A stretch of 64,000 nt of DNA from a virus (taxonomy: Duplodnaviria; Caudoviricetes): IMG/VR virus record IMGVR_UViG_3300013121_000038, positions 38,312-102,311 of that record, one strand, 5' to 3'. How positions within the stretch are numbered: position 1 is the stretch's first letter; each line of letters starts with the position of its first letter. Below, one piece after another: positions 8,923 to 18,106 of this stretch. The notes beneath the pieces were generated by a model, which saw only the letters and a program-made list of their open reading frames with translations, was not told the origin of the DNA and did no database searches. A program made the position numbers and the translations under genes.

Positions 8923-10166
8923 ACCACGAAGCTCAACTCGCCAAGACCCTCGGAGACGACGAGCAGGAGAAGCTCGCGTCCCACTTTGCTTCCTACACCG
9001 TCGACGAGCTCGCGTCTCTCCTGAAGGAGAAGACTGCGCTCGCTCCGATGCCTGCTCCTGCGGCGACCCAGGGCGATCTCATGCGTGAGCGCACCAAGGG
9101 CGGGCGGATGATCAACACGCTGAAGAATACCTTCAAGCCGCCAGTGCTGGCGTCGGTGAAGATCGCCGACGAATGGGGCCGGCAGCTAGCGAACGAGGAC
9201 ATCGAGAAGAACGCCTTCATGGATCAGGCGCTCGGCCTCGCCGTCGGTCATCACTATGGCAAGGAGCAGAAGAAGCGTGGCGAGAACTACAGCTTCGGAG
9301 TTCCGCAGGGCGCCGCTGCTCTCTTCCTGCCTGGGGGAGCCGGCTACCAGATCGGCCGCTACATCGGCCACAACGACAAGAGCGTGAAGAAGGGCAAGAA
9401 GAAGAAGGCCAGCGCCCAGCTCGTCTACGAAGCGCTCATGGAGAAGATCTCTACCGGCGCCGTCGGCAACCTCGGCGGCCAGATGCCGAGCCTCACACCG
9501 AAGATGCCGACTGCTCCCAAGGTCGGCGCCGGCAACATGATGCCGCGAATCGGAACGGTCGGAGGTGGCGGGCTCGGCAAGACCGTGACGGGCGCGGCCA
9601 GGCTGCGCGCGGAAATGGACAAGGTGGCCTTCTGGGGCTCCGGCACCATCGCCAAGGGCATCAACTGGGCCGCCCCTCATCTCGCCAAGGCCACCAGCGC
9701 CCTCGCGTCGGCTGGGCCAGGCAAGTCCGCTCTCATCGGCGCCGGCGTGGGTGCTGCCGGCGGTGCCGCGCGGCACGCGCTGTCGGGCAGAGACCCCCAG
9801 ACGGGGCAGAAGCGCACCACCCTGCTAGGTTCCATGGCCGGCGGCGCCGCTCTCGGTGGCGCGGCTGGCGCTGGTCTCAGTGCAGGAGCCAGCCGCTTCC
9901 AGGGCTCTGCGCTGCATGGGCGCATGACCAGCGGCAACTTCAAGTTCAACACCCAGCCTCCGGCTGCGGCCGCAGGAGCAGCCGGCGCCGCCGGGCCGAC
10001 GCCTGTCGCGCAGCCGGCGCCAGTCGGTCCAGGCGGACTGCGTCCGAATCCAGAAGGCGCTCCGGCACACTGGCGAAACGCTCCGCCTCCGCCGGCTGCT
10101 GGTCCTCAGGCAGCCGGTCCACAGCCAACGCCAGTGAAGAAGGGCTGGTTCGGGCTCGGCAGGTAG
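8919..10166 (+). CDS. Multi-cassette glycine-zipper internal virion polyprotein
   Basis: 415 aa; segments delimited by EKLA, EKTA, VKIA, EKNA, KKAS, EKIS and DKVA; shares a cassette with 2723-4288. Confidence 0.65.
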   Translation: MNHEAQLAKTLGDDEQEKLASHFASYTVDELASLLKEKTALAPMPAPAATQGDLMRERTKGGRMINTLKNTFKPPVLASVKIADEWGRQLANEDIEKNAFMDQALGLAVGHHYGKEQKKRGENYSFGVPQGAAALFLPGGAGYQIGRYIGHNDKSVKKGKKKKASAQLVYEALMEKISTGAVGNLGGQMPSLTPKMPTAPKVGAGNMMPRIGTVGGGGLGKTVTGAARLRAEMDKVAFWGSGTIAKGINWAAPHLAKATSALASAGPGKSALIGAGVGAAGGAARHALSGRDPQTGQKRTTLLGSMAGGAALGGAAGAGLSAGASRFQGSALHGRMTSGNFKFNTQPPAAAAGAAGAAGPTPVAQPAPVGPGGLRPNPEGAPAHWRNAPPPPAAGPQAAGPQPTPVKKGWFGLGR

Positions 10167-10169
10167 TCG

Positions 10170-11081
10170 ATGATCCCTCTCGTCACCAAGCTGTGGGTTC
10201 GGTCCTTCAACATGGACCACATGGACGTGTTCTGGGAGATCGGCCCGGTGCCGGCGACCAGCGACACGGCTCCCCACACCATCTTCGACTGCGAGTTCAC
10301 CGTCCTCCGTTCGCAGGCGGCGCTTGGTCCGTACGAGGCGATCAGCTTGCCGTTGATGGACCAGTACCACTTCCGCGACGTGAAGATCTCCCGTCTCCAC
10401 AAGTGGCGGCAGTGGTTCTACAAGCTGAAGGTCACCAACAAGAAGACAGGCGAGGAGAAGGAGTACGGGCCATGCTCCGACGTCGAGCCGGAGCCGGACC
10501 TCATCGCCGCAGAGATCATCCGGCAAGAGGACATGCTCTTCCGGAAGTTCGTGGGTCGACGCTGCTGGCTCCTACCTGTGCGCACCTTCGGCCCTCGCTG
10601 TTCCTGCTTCGACACTACGCTGCAACGGGTCACACGCTCTGCGCATCTGCCGTGCTTCGGCACCGGATGGCTCGGCGGGTACATGCGCCCTGTAGAGGTC
10701 TTCGTCCAGTTCGACCCGAACCCGAAGCGCACAGTGCTTCAGGCCACAGGCGAGATGCAGCCGACGAATGCCTCCGCCAGGATGTCTTCCTTCCCACCCA
10801 CCAGCCCGCGTGACATCATCATCGAGTCGGAAAACCGTCGCTGGCGTGTGGTGAATGTCTCACAAACTCAACGGCTTAGGGCGGCCGTACACCAGGAGCT
10901 CACTCTCCACGAAGTTCCCAAGACAGACGTCGAGTACTCCATCCCTCTCGACGTCGACGCGCGCTCGGTGACTCCGTCCGACGAGGGGAACTTCACGAAC
11001 GCGCAGAACATCGAGAAGCATGGCGACGACTCCGACATTCTCTCGTTCTGGACTGGCAAGGCACGCGGCACTCTTCGATGA
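10170..11081 (+). CDS. Putative head-closure/neck protein
   Basis: RCSCFD...CFGTGWLGGY metal-binding motif and DIIIE...RRWRV beta segment; neck position. Confidence 0.55.
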   Translation: MIPLVTKLWVRSFNMDHMDVFWEIGPVPATSDTAPHTIFDCEFTVLRSQAALGPYEAISLPLMDQYHFRDVKISRLHKWRQWFYKLKVTNKKTGEEKEYGPCSDVEPEPDLIAAEIIRQEDMLFRKFVGRRCWLLPVRTFGPRCSCFDTTLQRVTRSAHLPCFGTGWLGGYMRPVEVFVQFDPNPKRTVLQATGEMQPTNASARMSSFPPTSPRDIIIESENRRWRVVNVSQTQRLRAAVHQELTLHEVPKTDVEYSIPLDVDARSVTPSDEGNFTNAQNIEKHGDDSDILSFWTGKARGTLR

Positions 11082-11391
11082 GATCGAGAAGATCTCCGAA
11101 GAGGCGCACGTGATGCAGCCGGCTCCAGTTGCGCCCAAGAAGAAGCCGAACTGGAAGAACGTCCTCAAGGCTGGTGCCGGCTACGCACTCGGTGGCGCGG
11201 CCGGCTACGTCGGCGGCATGGCAGCAGAGCGCGGGCTCGCGCACGTCTTCAGGAACAAGTGGCCGTCGATGACGCCTGAGCAACGGTACAAGGTGCTCTA
11301 TCCGGCTCTCGGCGCCGCGACCGTCGGCCTCATGGCAGTGAACCACGCCTCCCAGATTCGCCGTCAGCAGGCTCTGGAGGGAGATGAGTGA
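11020..11391 (+). CDS. Small glycine-zipper internal virion protein
   Basis: ALFDEIEKIS leader followed by GAGYALGGAAGYVGG. Confidence 0.6.
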   Translation: MATTPTFSRSGLARHAALFDEIEKISEEAHVMQPAPVAPKKKPNWKNVLKAGAGYALGGAAGYVGGMAAERGLAHVFRNKWPSMTPEQRYKVLYPALGAATVGLMAVNHASQIRRQQALEGDE

Positions 11392-12115
11392 CGCCAAGAT
11401 CAGCTCCGGCGTTCCTCAGCCTCAGGGCGTGGGAGAAGATCCTCTCTTCCACTACACCAAGCTCTTCGTCCGCTTCCTCCAGGTGGTCTTCTCGACGTTC
11501 GAGAAGGGCGCCTACCGCTGGCTGCCGGATCTGGAGCTGACGGACATCGTCATCTCCGACCAAGGCGTGCTCGGCAACCCGGTCGTCGAGAAGCGTCCTT
11601 CCATCGTATGCATGAGAGGTCATGCGTCTTGGTCGAACGTCTCGATGGACCAGTTCAAGAGCTTCAACTTCCAGAATGGGACGAGAACGCACACCGACCT
11701 CATCGCCAGCTCCATGCTCTACCAGTGCATGGCCAAGGAGGGTCTGGAGGCTCAGCGCCTCGCTTGGATCGCTTCGTACGCAACGCGAGTGCTGAAGCGC
11801 AACCTGATGCGCGCAGGTCTTCACCGGGTGGGAGAGAACGTGGAGATGGGCCCGGAGTCGGATGCAAGCTCACTCCTCGAAGACGCTGGCAAGGAGATTT
11901 CGCTCGTCCCTGTCTCGGTCCCGTTCTTCTTCCAGGACACCTATGGCATCGGGCCGGTAGACAATCTCCTTCTCAAAGACCTCAACCTGAGACTAACTTC
12001 TGAGATCAACAGCCTGGCGGAGCGACAGGTCGGACTTCGGCCACCAGCCATCGGCGGAAGAGTTCTTGATTCCTACAAGGTGATCTCGATCACGCAGAGG
12101 GTGCCGAAGAAGTAG
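11384..12115 (+). CDS. Putative tail terminator/completion protein
   Basis: 243 aa immediately upstream of the sheath; RPSIV motif; synteny. Confidence 0.5.
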   Translation: MSDAKISSGVPQPQGVGEDPLFHYTKLFVRFLQVVFSTFEKGAYRWLPDLELTDIVISDQGVLGNPVVEKRPSIVCMRGHASWSNVSMDQFKSFNFQNGTRTHTDLIASSMLYQCMAKEGLEAQRLAWIASYATRVLKRNLMRAGLHRVGENVEMGPESDASSLLEDAGKEISLVPVSVPFFFQDTYGIGPVDNLLLKDLNLRLTSEINSLAERQVGLRPPAIGGRVLDSYKVISITQRVPKK

Positions 12116-12147
12116 CTCCCTCAGAAGCAAGTTGAAAGGGGCACAAG

Positions 12148-15100
12148 ATGGCCAACGCTGCTGCGGAGCTTGCTCAGCCAGGCGTGAAGGTTCTCCAGTC
12201 GATCAGGAAGACGTCGCCGACCTTCCTGCGGCCGACGCTCGCTCCAGTCGTGGTCGGTCCTGCCTTCGAGATCATCGAGGCGCTGACCGCCGACGGCACG
12301 CTGAACGCGAAGGCCAAGTACGGCGCCTACGCTCAGCTCGGGAAGACGATCTCGCAGTCGTCCTTCCCGGACCCGCGCGGCAACGTGGACGAGCTGGACG
12401 TGCTGGAGGAGACCATCAAGGCCTACCTCTTCACGGCTGGCCGGCTCACCGAGCTGCCGATGTCGCCTGGCGACTCGTTCCTGCTCGCATCGCACAAGGC
12501 GTCGACGGCGGTCTTCAAGGTCACCGGCAACAACTTCGCCGTCCAGGGCAAGAACATCATCCTGGCGGTGGACCAGCCTGTCGCTGCTGACACCACCGAG
12601 GACGTCACCGTCGCCTTCACCGGCGGCAGCCCGTACACCGCTGCCGAGGTGGTGGCTGCCATCAACACCGCCTTCGGCTTCGAGCTGGCGGTGGTCACGA
12701 AGGACGGTGCCGGAGCCGTGACCGGCTTCGAGCTCATCTCCCCGACCACCGGCGCGCTCAGCTCCCTCACCGTGCGCGGCGGCGGCACGGCCAACGAGGA
12801 TCTCGGTCTCGGCTTCGCCGCCGCCGTGAAGGTGCAGGAGCGCATCGAGGCTTCCGGCTTCCGCGCCTTCGACCTCTCGAACAACGCTACCGTCTCCACC
12901 TGGGTGGAGTTCGCCCGTGGCGAGTACTGGACCGGGGCCGTCGCGTCCGGCGCCAGCGCCTGGCCAGCCAAGGCCGCGCGCCGTCCTCTCACCGGCGCTG
13001 ACGTCGCCGGGCGAGACGTGCAGGTGCAGTTCGGCACCGGCGCGGGCCAGATCCCAGTGGTCCCAGGCGACCAGATCGTCGCCGACGGCATCGTGGTGAA
13101 GAACGGCGAGATCGCCCGAGTCGAGTCCGAGAAGATCAAGATCGGCACCGTGAACACGCTGCTGTCTTCGGTCGACTCCGACGGCAACTACACCAACAAG
13201 GTGTACGACGACGTGGCGCTCGGGCTGCTCCTCGATCCCAACTCTCCCTTCTCGCCGAAGTACGTCTGGTTCAAGGCGAACGGGCTCTCGCCGAACGCGG
13301 CTGCCACGGCAGCGAAGATGGTCGGCACAGCCACCGCGCAGGCCGCCACGAAGCCGACGGTCACCGGCCAGGCAGATGCGACGCCGGACGTCTTCCAGGG
13401 CCTGGGCTTCGACTACACGCTGACCAGCGGCGGCGTGACCGAGACCAAGCACCTGACCTTCGCCCAGGCGGACGCCTTCGCGACCGTCCAGGAGATCGCG
13501 GACTACATCAACGCGAACACCAACGACATCGCCGTCACCCTCTCCGGCAACAAGCTGGTCTTCGAGGGCCCGGACGCCGGCGCTGACAAGAGCATCGGCA
13601 TCCTCGACTCCGGCAGCGCCAACACCGGCCTCGGCATCACCGCCGCGCTCTCGGACACCGGCACCGATCCGGAGTTCGCCAACCTCCCGAGCACGACGCT
13701 GAAGTTCTCCTTCGACGACAGCGACCACGTCTACGACGTCTCGTTCACCGACAAGAGCCTCACGCAGGCCATCGACCGCATCAACTCGCTGGTGGGCGTC
13801 ACGGTGGCCTCCAACGTCGGCGACCAGCTCGTCCTCACGTCGCAGCTCAGCGGCGTGGCGTCTCGCGTGAAGGTCGTCGAGGGCTCGGCCATGACCGAGC
13901 TCGGCTTCACCGCCGGCCAGACCTCGGACGACGCTGGCGGGACCAAGGGCACCGGCCGTCCGAGCCCGAACGCCTACCTCGACGGCGCCAACAACCTGGT
14001 GATCGGGCCACAGCTCGTCCGGGACCCGGTCACCGGCGCGCCGCTCGACTTCATGACGAGCTCGGCCAGCCTCTACATCCAGTACAAGGGCCTGCGCCGG
14101 GACGTCTCCCCAGCGGCCAAGGTCGCGGGAGTACTGCGCCTTCCAGGCGTGGACACCCTCTCGCAGGTCCTCGACCCAGTCGACGCGCGCAACCCGCTGG
14201 CGCTCGGCATGTACCTGGCGATGCTCAACGCCCCCAACTTCGAGGTGAAGGGTCTGGGCGTCGACGAGGTGAGCGCCGCTGCTCCAGAGGGCACGGAGCT
14301 GGCCTACGCTCGCGCGGCCGCCATGCTGGAGGCCGAAGAGGTCTACGCCATCGCCCCGCTCAGCCAGAACGAGGTGGTCCACCAGACCTTCATCACCCAC
14401 GCCACGGTGATGTCCGAGCCCGAGCAGGCCGGCGAGCGCATCGTCTTCTTCAACAAGAAGACCCCGACCACCCAGTCGCCGACGGCGGCTGCCAACGGCG
14501 TGGGCGCGAAGGCGACGGCGACGGCGAACCAGCTCATCCTCGACGTCACTCCTCAGCAGGGCCTGGTGGATGCTGGCGTGAACCCTGCGCTGCCTCTCTC
14601 GGCCGCCACTGGCGTCTACATCGAGTTCAACTGGAAGGGCGTCTTCTACCGCTACAACGTGTCGAGCGTGAACGGCGGTCGTGCCGATCTTCGCGTCTCG
14701 TTCGGCGCCGGCGAGAACGACGACTTCTTCTACTCGACCGTCACCATGCCCACCGACGTGCTCGACGCCGCGTGGTCCATGAAGGTGCGCGGCGCCTCGG
14801 TCGTCATCCCAGGCTCCAACCCTCCCAAGACCGACTACTCCCTCGTCGCCGACACGGTGTCCGAGGCCAACGGTGGCGTGGGCAACCGGCGCGCCTTCTC
14901 GGTCTTCCCCGACACGGTCAAGACCACGCTGGCCGGCATCGAGGTCGAGATCCCTGGCTACTACGCCTGCGCGGCTGCCGCCGGCATGGTGGCTGGCCTG
15001 CCTCCGCAGCAGGGCTTCACCAACTACCCCATCACCGGCCTCACGGGCGTCTCCGGCACCGAGAAGTTCACCCGGAAGCAGCTCAACAAGATGGCCGGTG

Positions 15101-15471
15101 GCGGCACCTACATCCTCATGCAGGAGGTGCAGGGTGGTCCGGTCTTCAGCCGGCACCAGCTCTCCACCGACGTGAGCCAGGTCGAGGTCCGAGAGCTCTC
15201 GGTCACCAAGGTGGTGGACTTCGTCGCGAAGTTCCTCCGCGCCGGCCTCCGCCGCTTCATCGGCCGCCAGAACATCAACGCCGTCTTCCTCGACTCGGTC
15301 GGTACCACGATCCAGGGCATGCTCCAGTTCCTCACCGAGAACGGCATCATCAACGGGGCCAACCTCAACAACATCATCCAGGACCCGAGTGCGCCTGACA
15401 CCGTCATGGTCGACGTGACCCTCGACGTGCCGTTCCCCTGCAACTACATCCGCCTGACCCTCGTGGTCTGA
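12148..15471 (+). CDS. Contractile tail sheath protein
   Basis: 1107 aa; N-terminal PGV-x-V and VVVGP; C-terminal RHQLST, RELSV-x-KVVDF and V-x-V-x-LDVPFPCNYIRLTL sheath signatures. Confidence 0.9.
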   Translation: MANAAAELAQPGVKVLQSIRKTSPTFLRPTLAPVVVGPAFEIIEALTADGTLNAKAKYGAYAQLGKTISQSSFPDPRGNVDELDVLEETIKAYLFTAGRLTELPMSPGDSFLLASHKASTAVFKVTGNNFAVQGKNIILAVDQPVAADTTEDVTVAFTGGSPYTAAEVVAAINTAFGFELAVVTKDGAGAVTGFELISPTTGALSSLTVRGGGTANEDLGLGFAAAVKVQERIEASGFRAFDLSNNATVSTWVEFARGEYWTGAVASGASAWPAKAARRPLTGADVAGRDVQVQFGTGAGQIPVVPGDQIVADGIVVKNGEIARVESEKIKIGTVNTLLSSVDSDGNYTNKVYDDVALGLLLDPNSPFSPKYVWFKANGLSPNAAATAAKMVGTATAQAATKPTVTGQADATPDVFQGLGFDYTLTSGGVTETKHLTFAQADAFATVQEIADYINANTNDIAVTLSGNKLVFEGPDAGADKSIGILDSGSANTGLGITAALSDTGTDPEFANLPSTTLKFSFDDSDHVYDVSFTDKSLTQAIDRINSLVGVTVASNVGDQLVLTSQLSGVASRVKVVEGSAMTELGFTAGQTSDDAGGTKGTGRPSPNAYLDGANNLVIGPQLVRDPVTGAPLDFMTSSASLYIQYKGLRRDVSPAAKVAGVLRLPGVDTLSQVLDPVDARNPLALGMYLAMLNAPNFEVKGLGVDEVSAAAPEGTELAYARAAAMLEAEEVYAIAPLSQNEVVHQTFITHATVMSEPEQAGERIVFFNKKTPTTQSPTAAANGVGAKATATANQLILDVTPQQGLVDAGVNPALPLSAATGVYIEFNWKGVFYRYNVSSVNGGRADLRVSFGAGENDDFFYSTVTMPTDVLDAAWSMKVRGASVVIPGSNPPKTDYSLVADTVSEANGGVGNRRAFSVFPDTVKTTLAGIEVEIPGYYACAAAAGMVAGLPPQQGFTNYPITGLTGVSGTEKFTRKQLNKMAGGGTYILMQEVQGGPVFSRHQLSTDVSQVEVRELSVTKVVDFVAKFLRAGLRRFIGRQNINAVFLDSVGTTIQGMLQFLTENGIINGANLNNIIQDPSAPDTVMVDVTLDVPFPCNYIRLTLVV

Positions 15472-15484
15472 GAAGGAGCTGTCC

Positions 15485-16240
15485 ATGGCGCTCACGCAGC
15501 GAGCCACCATCATGATCGCGAACCTCGCCAAGCGTGGCGATTCGTTCGCGCGCAACATCCTCTTCAAGTCGACGTACAAGGACCAGATGCTGATCTCCAG
15601 CCTGGCCAAGCGCGGCGACCACCAGGCGAGACGCCACGTTCTCGGCACCAACGCTCCGGTGATGGCGAAGGCCCTCGTGAACCGGCTCGCCAAGGCCGGC
15701 GAGTGCATCGCCCAGGGCCTCAACTCCATCACCGTCGACAAGAACCCGCAGGTGATCACCTTCGCCCAGCCGGCCAACCGCACCTTCGGCAGTGCGCCGG
15801 CGGCGCTCGTCGCCAGCAGCGACTCCGGGCTGACGGTGACCTTCGCCGTGGTCAGCGGCCCAGCCACGGTCAGCGGCAACGTGCTGACCCTGACCGGCGC
15901 TGGTGACGTGGTGGTGCGCGCCTCTCAGGTGGGCGATCCCAACACGGCTGCTGCCACGCCGGTCACGCGGACCATCACCATCGACAAGGCCGATCAGGTC
16001 ATCACCTTCGACGCGCCGGCCAGCGTGGAGCAGGCCGACTCCCCGGTCACCCTCGTCGCCACCTCGACGTCTGGCCTCGCGGTCGCCTTCGCTGTGCAGA
16101 GCGGCCCAGGCACCGTCGACGGGGACGAGCTCACCATCACCGCCGGCACTGGCACCATCGTGGTCCGTGCCACGCAGGCGGGCGACGACAACTACAACGC
16201 CGCCACCCCGGTCGACGAGTCCATCGACGTCACCGGGTAA
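15485..16240 (+). CDS. Virion protein with two Ig-like repeats
   Basis: Two QVITF...SGL-x-V-x-F-x-V-x-SGP-x-TV-x-G-x2-LT...A-x-Q-x-GD repeats; N-terminal LAKRGD-like motif three times. Confidence 0.7.
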   Translation: MALTQRATIMIANLAKRGDSFARNILFKSTYKDQMLISSLAKRGDHQARRHVLGTNAPVMAKALVNRLAKAGECIAQGLNSITVDKNPQVITFAQPANRTFGSAPAALVASSDSGLTVTFAVVSGPATVSGNVLTLTGAGDVVVRASQVGDPNTAAATPVTRTITIDKADQVITFDAPASVEQADSPVTLVATSTSGLAVAFAVQSGPGTVDGDELTITAGTGTIVVRATQAGDDNYNAATPVDESIDVTG

Positions 16241-16255
16241 GAAGGGAGCTCTTCC

Positions 16256-16975
16256 ATGGCAACGATCACGAACTGGCAGCCCTACGTGCAGAAGGTGGAC
16301 AACTCGTCCGCCCTCGGCGAGGGCCGCTTCGCCTCCGGCGCGCTGACGATGATCGCGGCAGGGCCCCCAAGGCTCTCCGCTGTCGGCGGCGCCGCCGGCG
16401 CAGCGCAGTCCATCGGCAACCAGAACTGGGCCCTGCCCATCGGCATCGTCCAGAACTTCAACCTGGCCCACAACAAGAGCTTCGCTCGCTTCTGGGAGCT
16501 CGGGTCGGAGCGGAGCTACTTCATCGCGGGGCGCACGGTGGCGCAGGCCGGCTTCGGCCGCGTGCTCTACAACGGCCCCTCGATCCTCCGCATGATGTAC
16601 TCGTTCTACGACGACGCGGTGGCGCCGACGCTGGTGCCCACCTTCGGCGTGGACCCAAACATCTCCAAGTCGGTGGCGAACCAGCACGACGTGAAGATCC
16701 CGCCTGGGTTCGAGAACATCTACCTCAACCTGGCCTCGGACCTCTTCTCGCAGCCGTGCGGCCTCCTCGTCTACATGAAGGACTCCAACGAGGAGACGCT
16801 CACCGCCTTCTACCTGGAGGAGACGTACATCCCCTCCCACTCCATCGCCACCGACGCGCAGGGCGTCGTGGTGCAGGAGCAGGTGGCTCTCCAGCCAGAG
16901 CGCGTGGTGCCCATCGCCGTGGCGCAGCTCGCTCTCATCGCCGAGAACCAGGAAGTCGCTGCTCAGCTCGGGTAG
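16256..16975 (+). CDS. Tail tube protein
   Basis: PIGIVQNF...RFWELGS-x-RSYFI motif typical of myovirus tube proteins; follows the sheath. Confidence 0.75.
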   Translation: MATITNWQPYVQKVDNSSALGEGRFASGALTMIAAGPPRLSAVGGAAGAAQSIGNQNWALPIGIVQNFNLAHNKSFARFWELGSERSYFIAGRTVAQAGFGRVLYNGPSILRMMYSFYDDAVAPTLVPTFGVDPNISKSVANQHDVKIPPGFENIYLNLASDLFSQPCGLLVYMKDSNEETLTAFYLEETYIPSHSIATDAQGVVVQEQVALQPERVVPIAVAQLALIAENQEVAAQLG

Positions 16976-17007
16976 CTCCCGCCCGCCCACACTGCCAGGC
17001 AGGAGCG

Positions 17008-17050
17008 CGAAGGCCGGACCTCTGGGTGAGGGCCCGGCCTTCGTCTTTCT
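17008..17050 (+). terminator. Intrinsic terminator after the tube gene
   Basis: CGAAGGCCGG...CCGGCCTTCG followed by TCTTTCT; convergent gene downstream. Confidence 0.65.
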
Positions 17051-17143
17051 CGGTGCTGTGGAACCCGTCTGGCGCTGTTTCATGAGCCAACTGGGAGCCG
17101 TCGCAGGATCTCCCTGCGCACCATGGCGCCTGACGGAACTGGC

Positions 17144-17680
17144 CTACGCCTGGCCCGCCTGCTTCATGACCTCCTGGACCGCCGCCGGCGTGAACGGGAG
17201 CGGGGCGGGGGCGGGGCCTGGCGCCGGCGCGGGGGCAGGAGCGGGCGCCGTCTGGGTGGTGGGGGCCGGGGCCGCCTGCTTCTGGGCCTGCTGCGTGGGC
17301 GTCGCCGTGGCCTTCTTCTCCGCCACCGGGAAGGTGGTCTCGCGCCAGGTCTTCATGGAGCCGATGGTGGCGAGGAGCTCGGTGTCGAAGGCGGTGATGA
17401 GGGTGGGGTTGTGCTGGCCCTGGTTGTTGCCGGCGAGCTTCTCGCGGGCGTTGACGAGAGCCTCCACCTGCTTGCGCAGCTCGTAGATGTCGTAGGAGAC
17501 GCTGGTCTGACCGGAGCCCTCCTGCGCCTGGTAGCCGACTCCGACCTCGGCCTTGTTGTTGCCCCTCGTCTTCGAGATGGCCATCTCGGCGGCGACGACG
17601 GCCTTGTTCGCAGCCTTGGTTGCCTTCGTTGCAGAGCGCTTCGCCTTGATGGCTGAGCGGTCGTAGACTCCACGTGGCAT
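17144..17680 (-). CDS. Hypothetical protein with basic histone-like N-terminus and Pro/Ala-rich tail
   Basis: AAGGA RBS; MPRGVYDRSAIKAKRSATKATKAANK. Confidence 0.7.
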   Translation of the reverse strand: MPRGVYDRSAIKAKRSATKATKAANKAVVAAEMAISKTRGNNKAEVGVGYQAQEGSGQTSVSYDIYELRKQVEALVNAREKLAGNNQGQHNPTLITAFDTELLATIGSMKTWRETTFPVAEKKATATPTQQAQKQAAPAPTTQTAPAPAPAPAPGPAPAPLPFTPAAVQEVMKQAGQA

Positions 17681-17749
17681 CGGGTCTTCCTTTCGCGTCT
17701 TGGGTGAGAGACGACTTCTTCTTCTTACCACCTCATGTGTGAAAAGCAA

Positions 17750-17932
17750 CTACCTCTTCTCTTCTTTCAACAAGTCGGCTCTCTCGAAGAACTGGTCGAC
17801 GATGACCTGCACCAGCTTGCTCATCGAGACCGGCTTCCCCAAGTTGGCAGAGAGCTCGCGACGGAGCTCTTCGAGGCGCCGCTTGGTGGCTCTGGAGAAT
17901 CTGACTTCGGTGCGCGGGTCGTTCGCAGCCAT
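17750..17932 (-). CDS. Putative ribbon-helix-helix DNA-binding protein
   Basis: RTEVRFS strand plus two helices (ATKRRLEELRREL, SMSKLVQVIVDQF); start could be 17962. Confidence 0.55.
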   Translation of the reverse strand: MAANDPRTEVRFSRATKRRLEELRRELSANLGKPVSMSKLVQVIVDQFFERADLLKEEKR

Positions 17933-18106
17933 TTGGGCTAAGATGTGGGTGTCAGTGGACAAATCGAGAAACCTGGCTTCTCACTCAGCTTTCTAGCACA
18001 TCCCACTCGGTGATTCGTCGGCGCCAGCAGGTTGTTTTCCCAGTCCTAAATGGGTAGAACCCGCCAGGCAGCCCTGCTGTTCCGGTGACAAAAGGAGCTC
18101 TACACG

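Noticed and set aside
1030-17083. Very long - strand ORFs (e.g. 2690-5206, 12121-15879, 15404-17083)
   Set aside because: Antisense shadows of strongly codon-biased high-GC + strand genes; unnatural composition and no RBS.
17724-17751. CTTAC upstream of gene 17680 as another promoter copy
   Set aside because: The distal TTGC element is missing at the N19 position.
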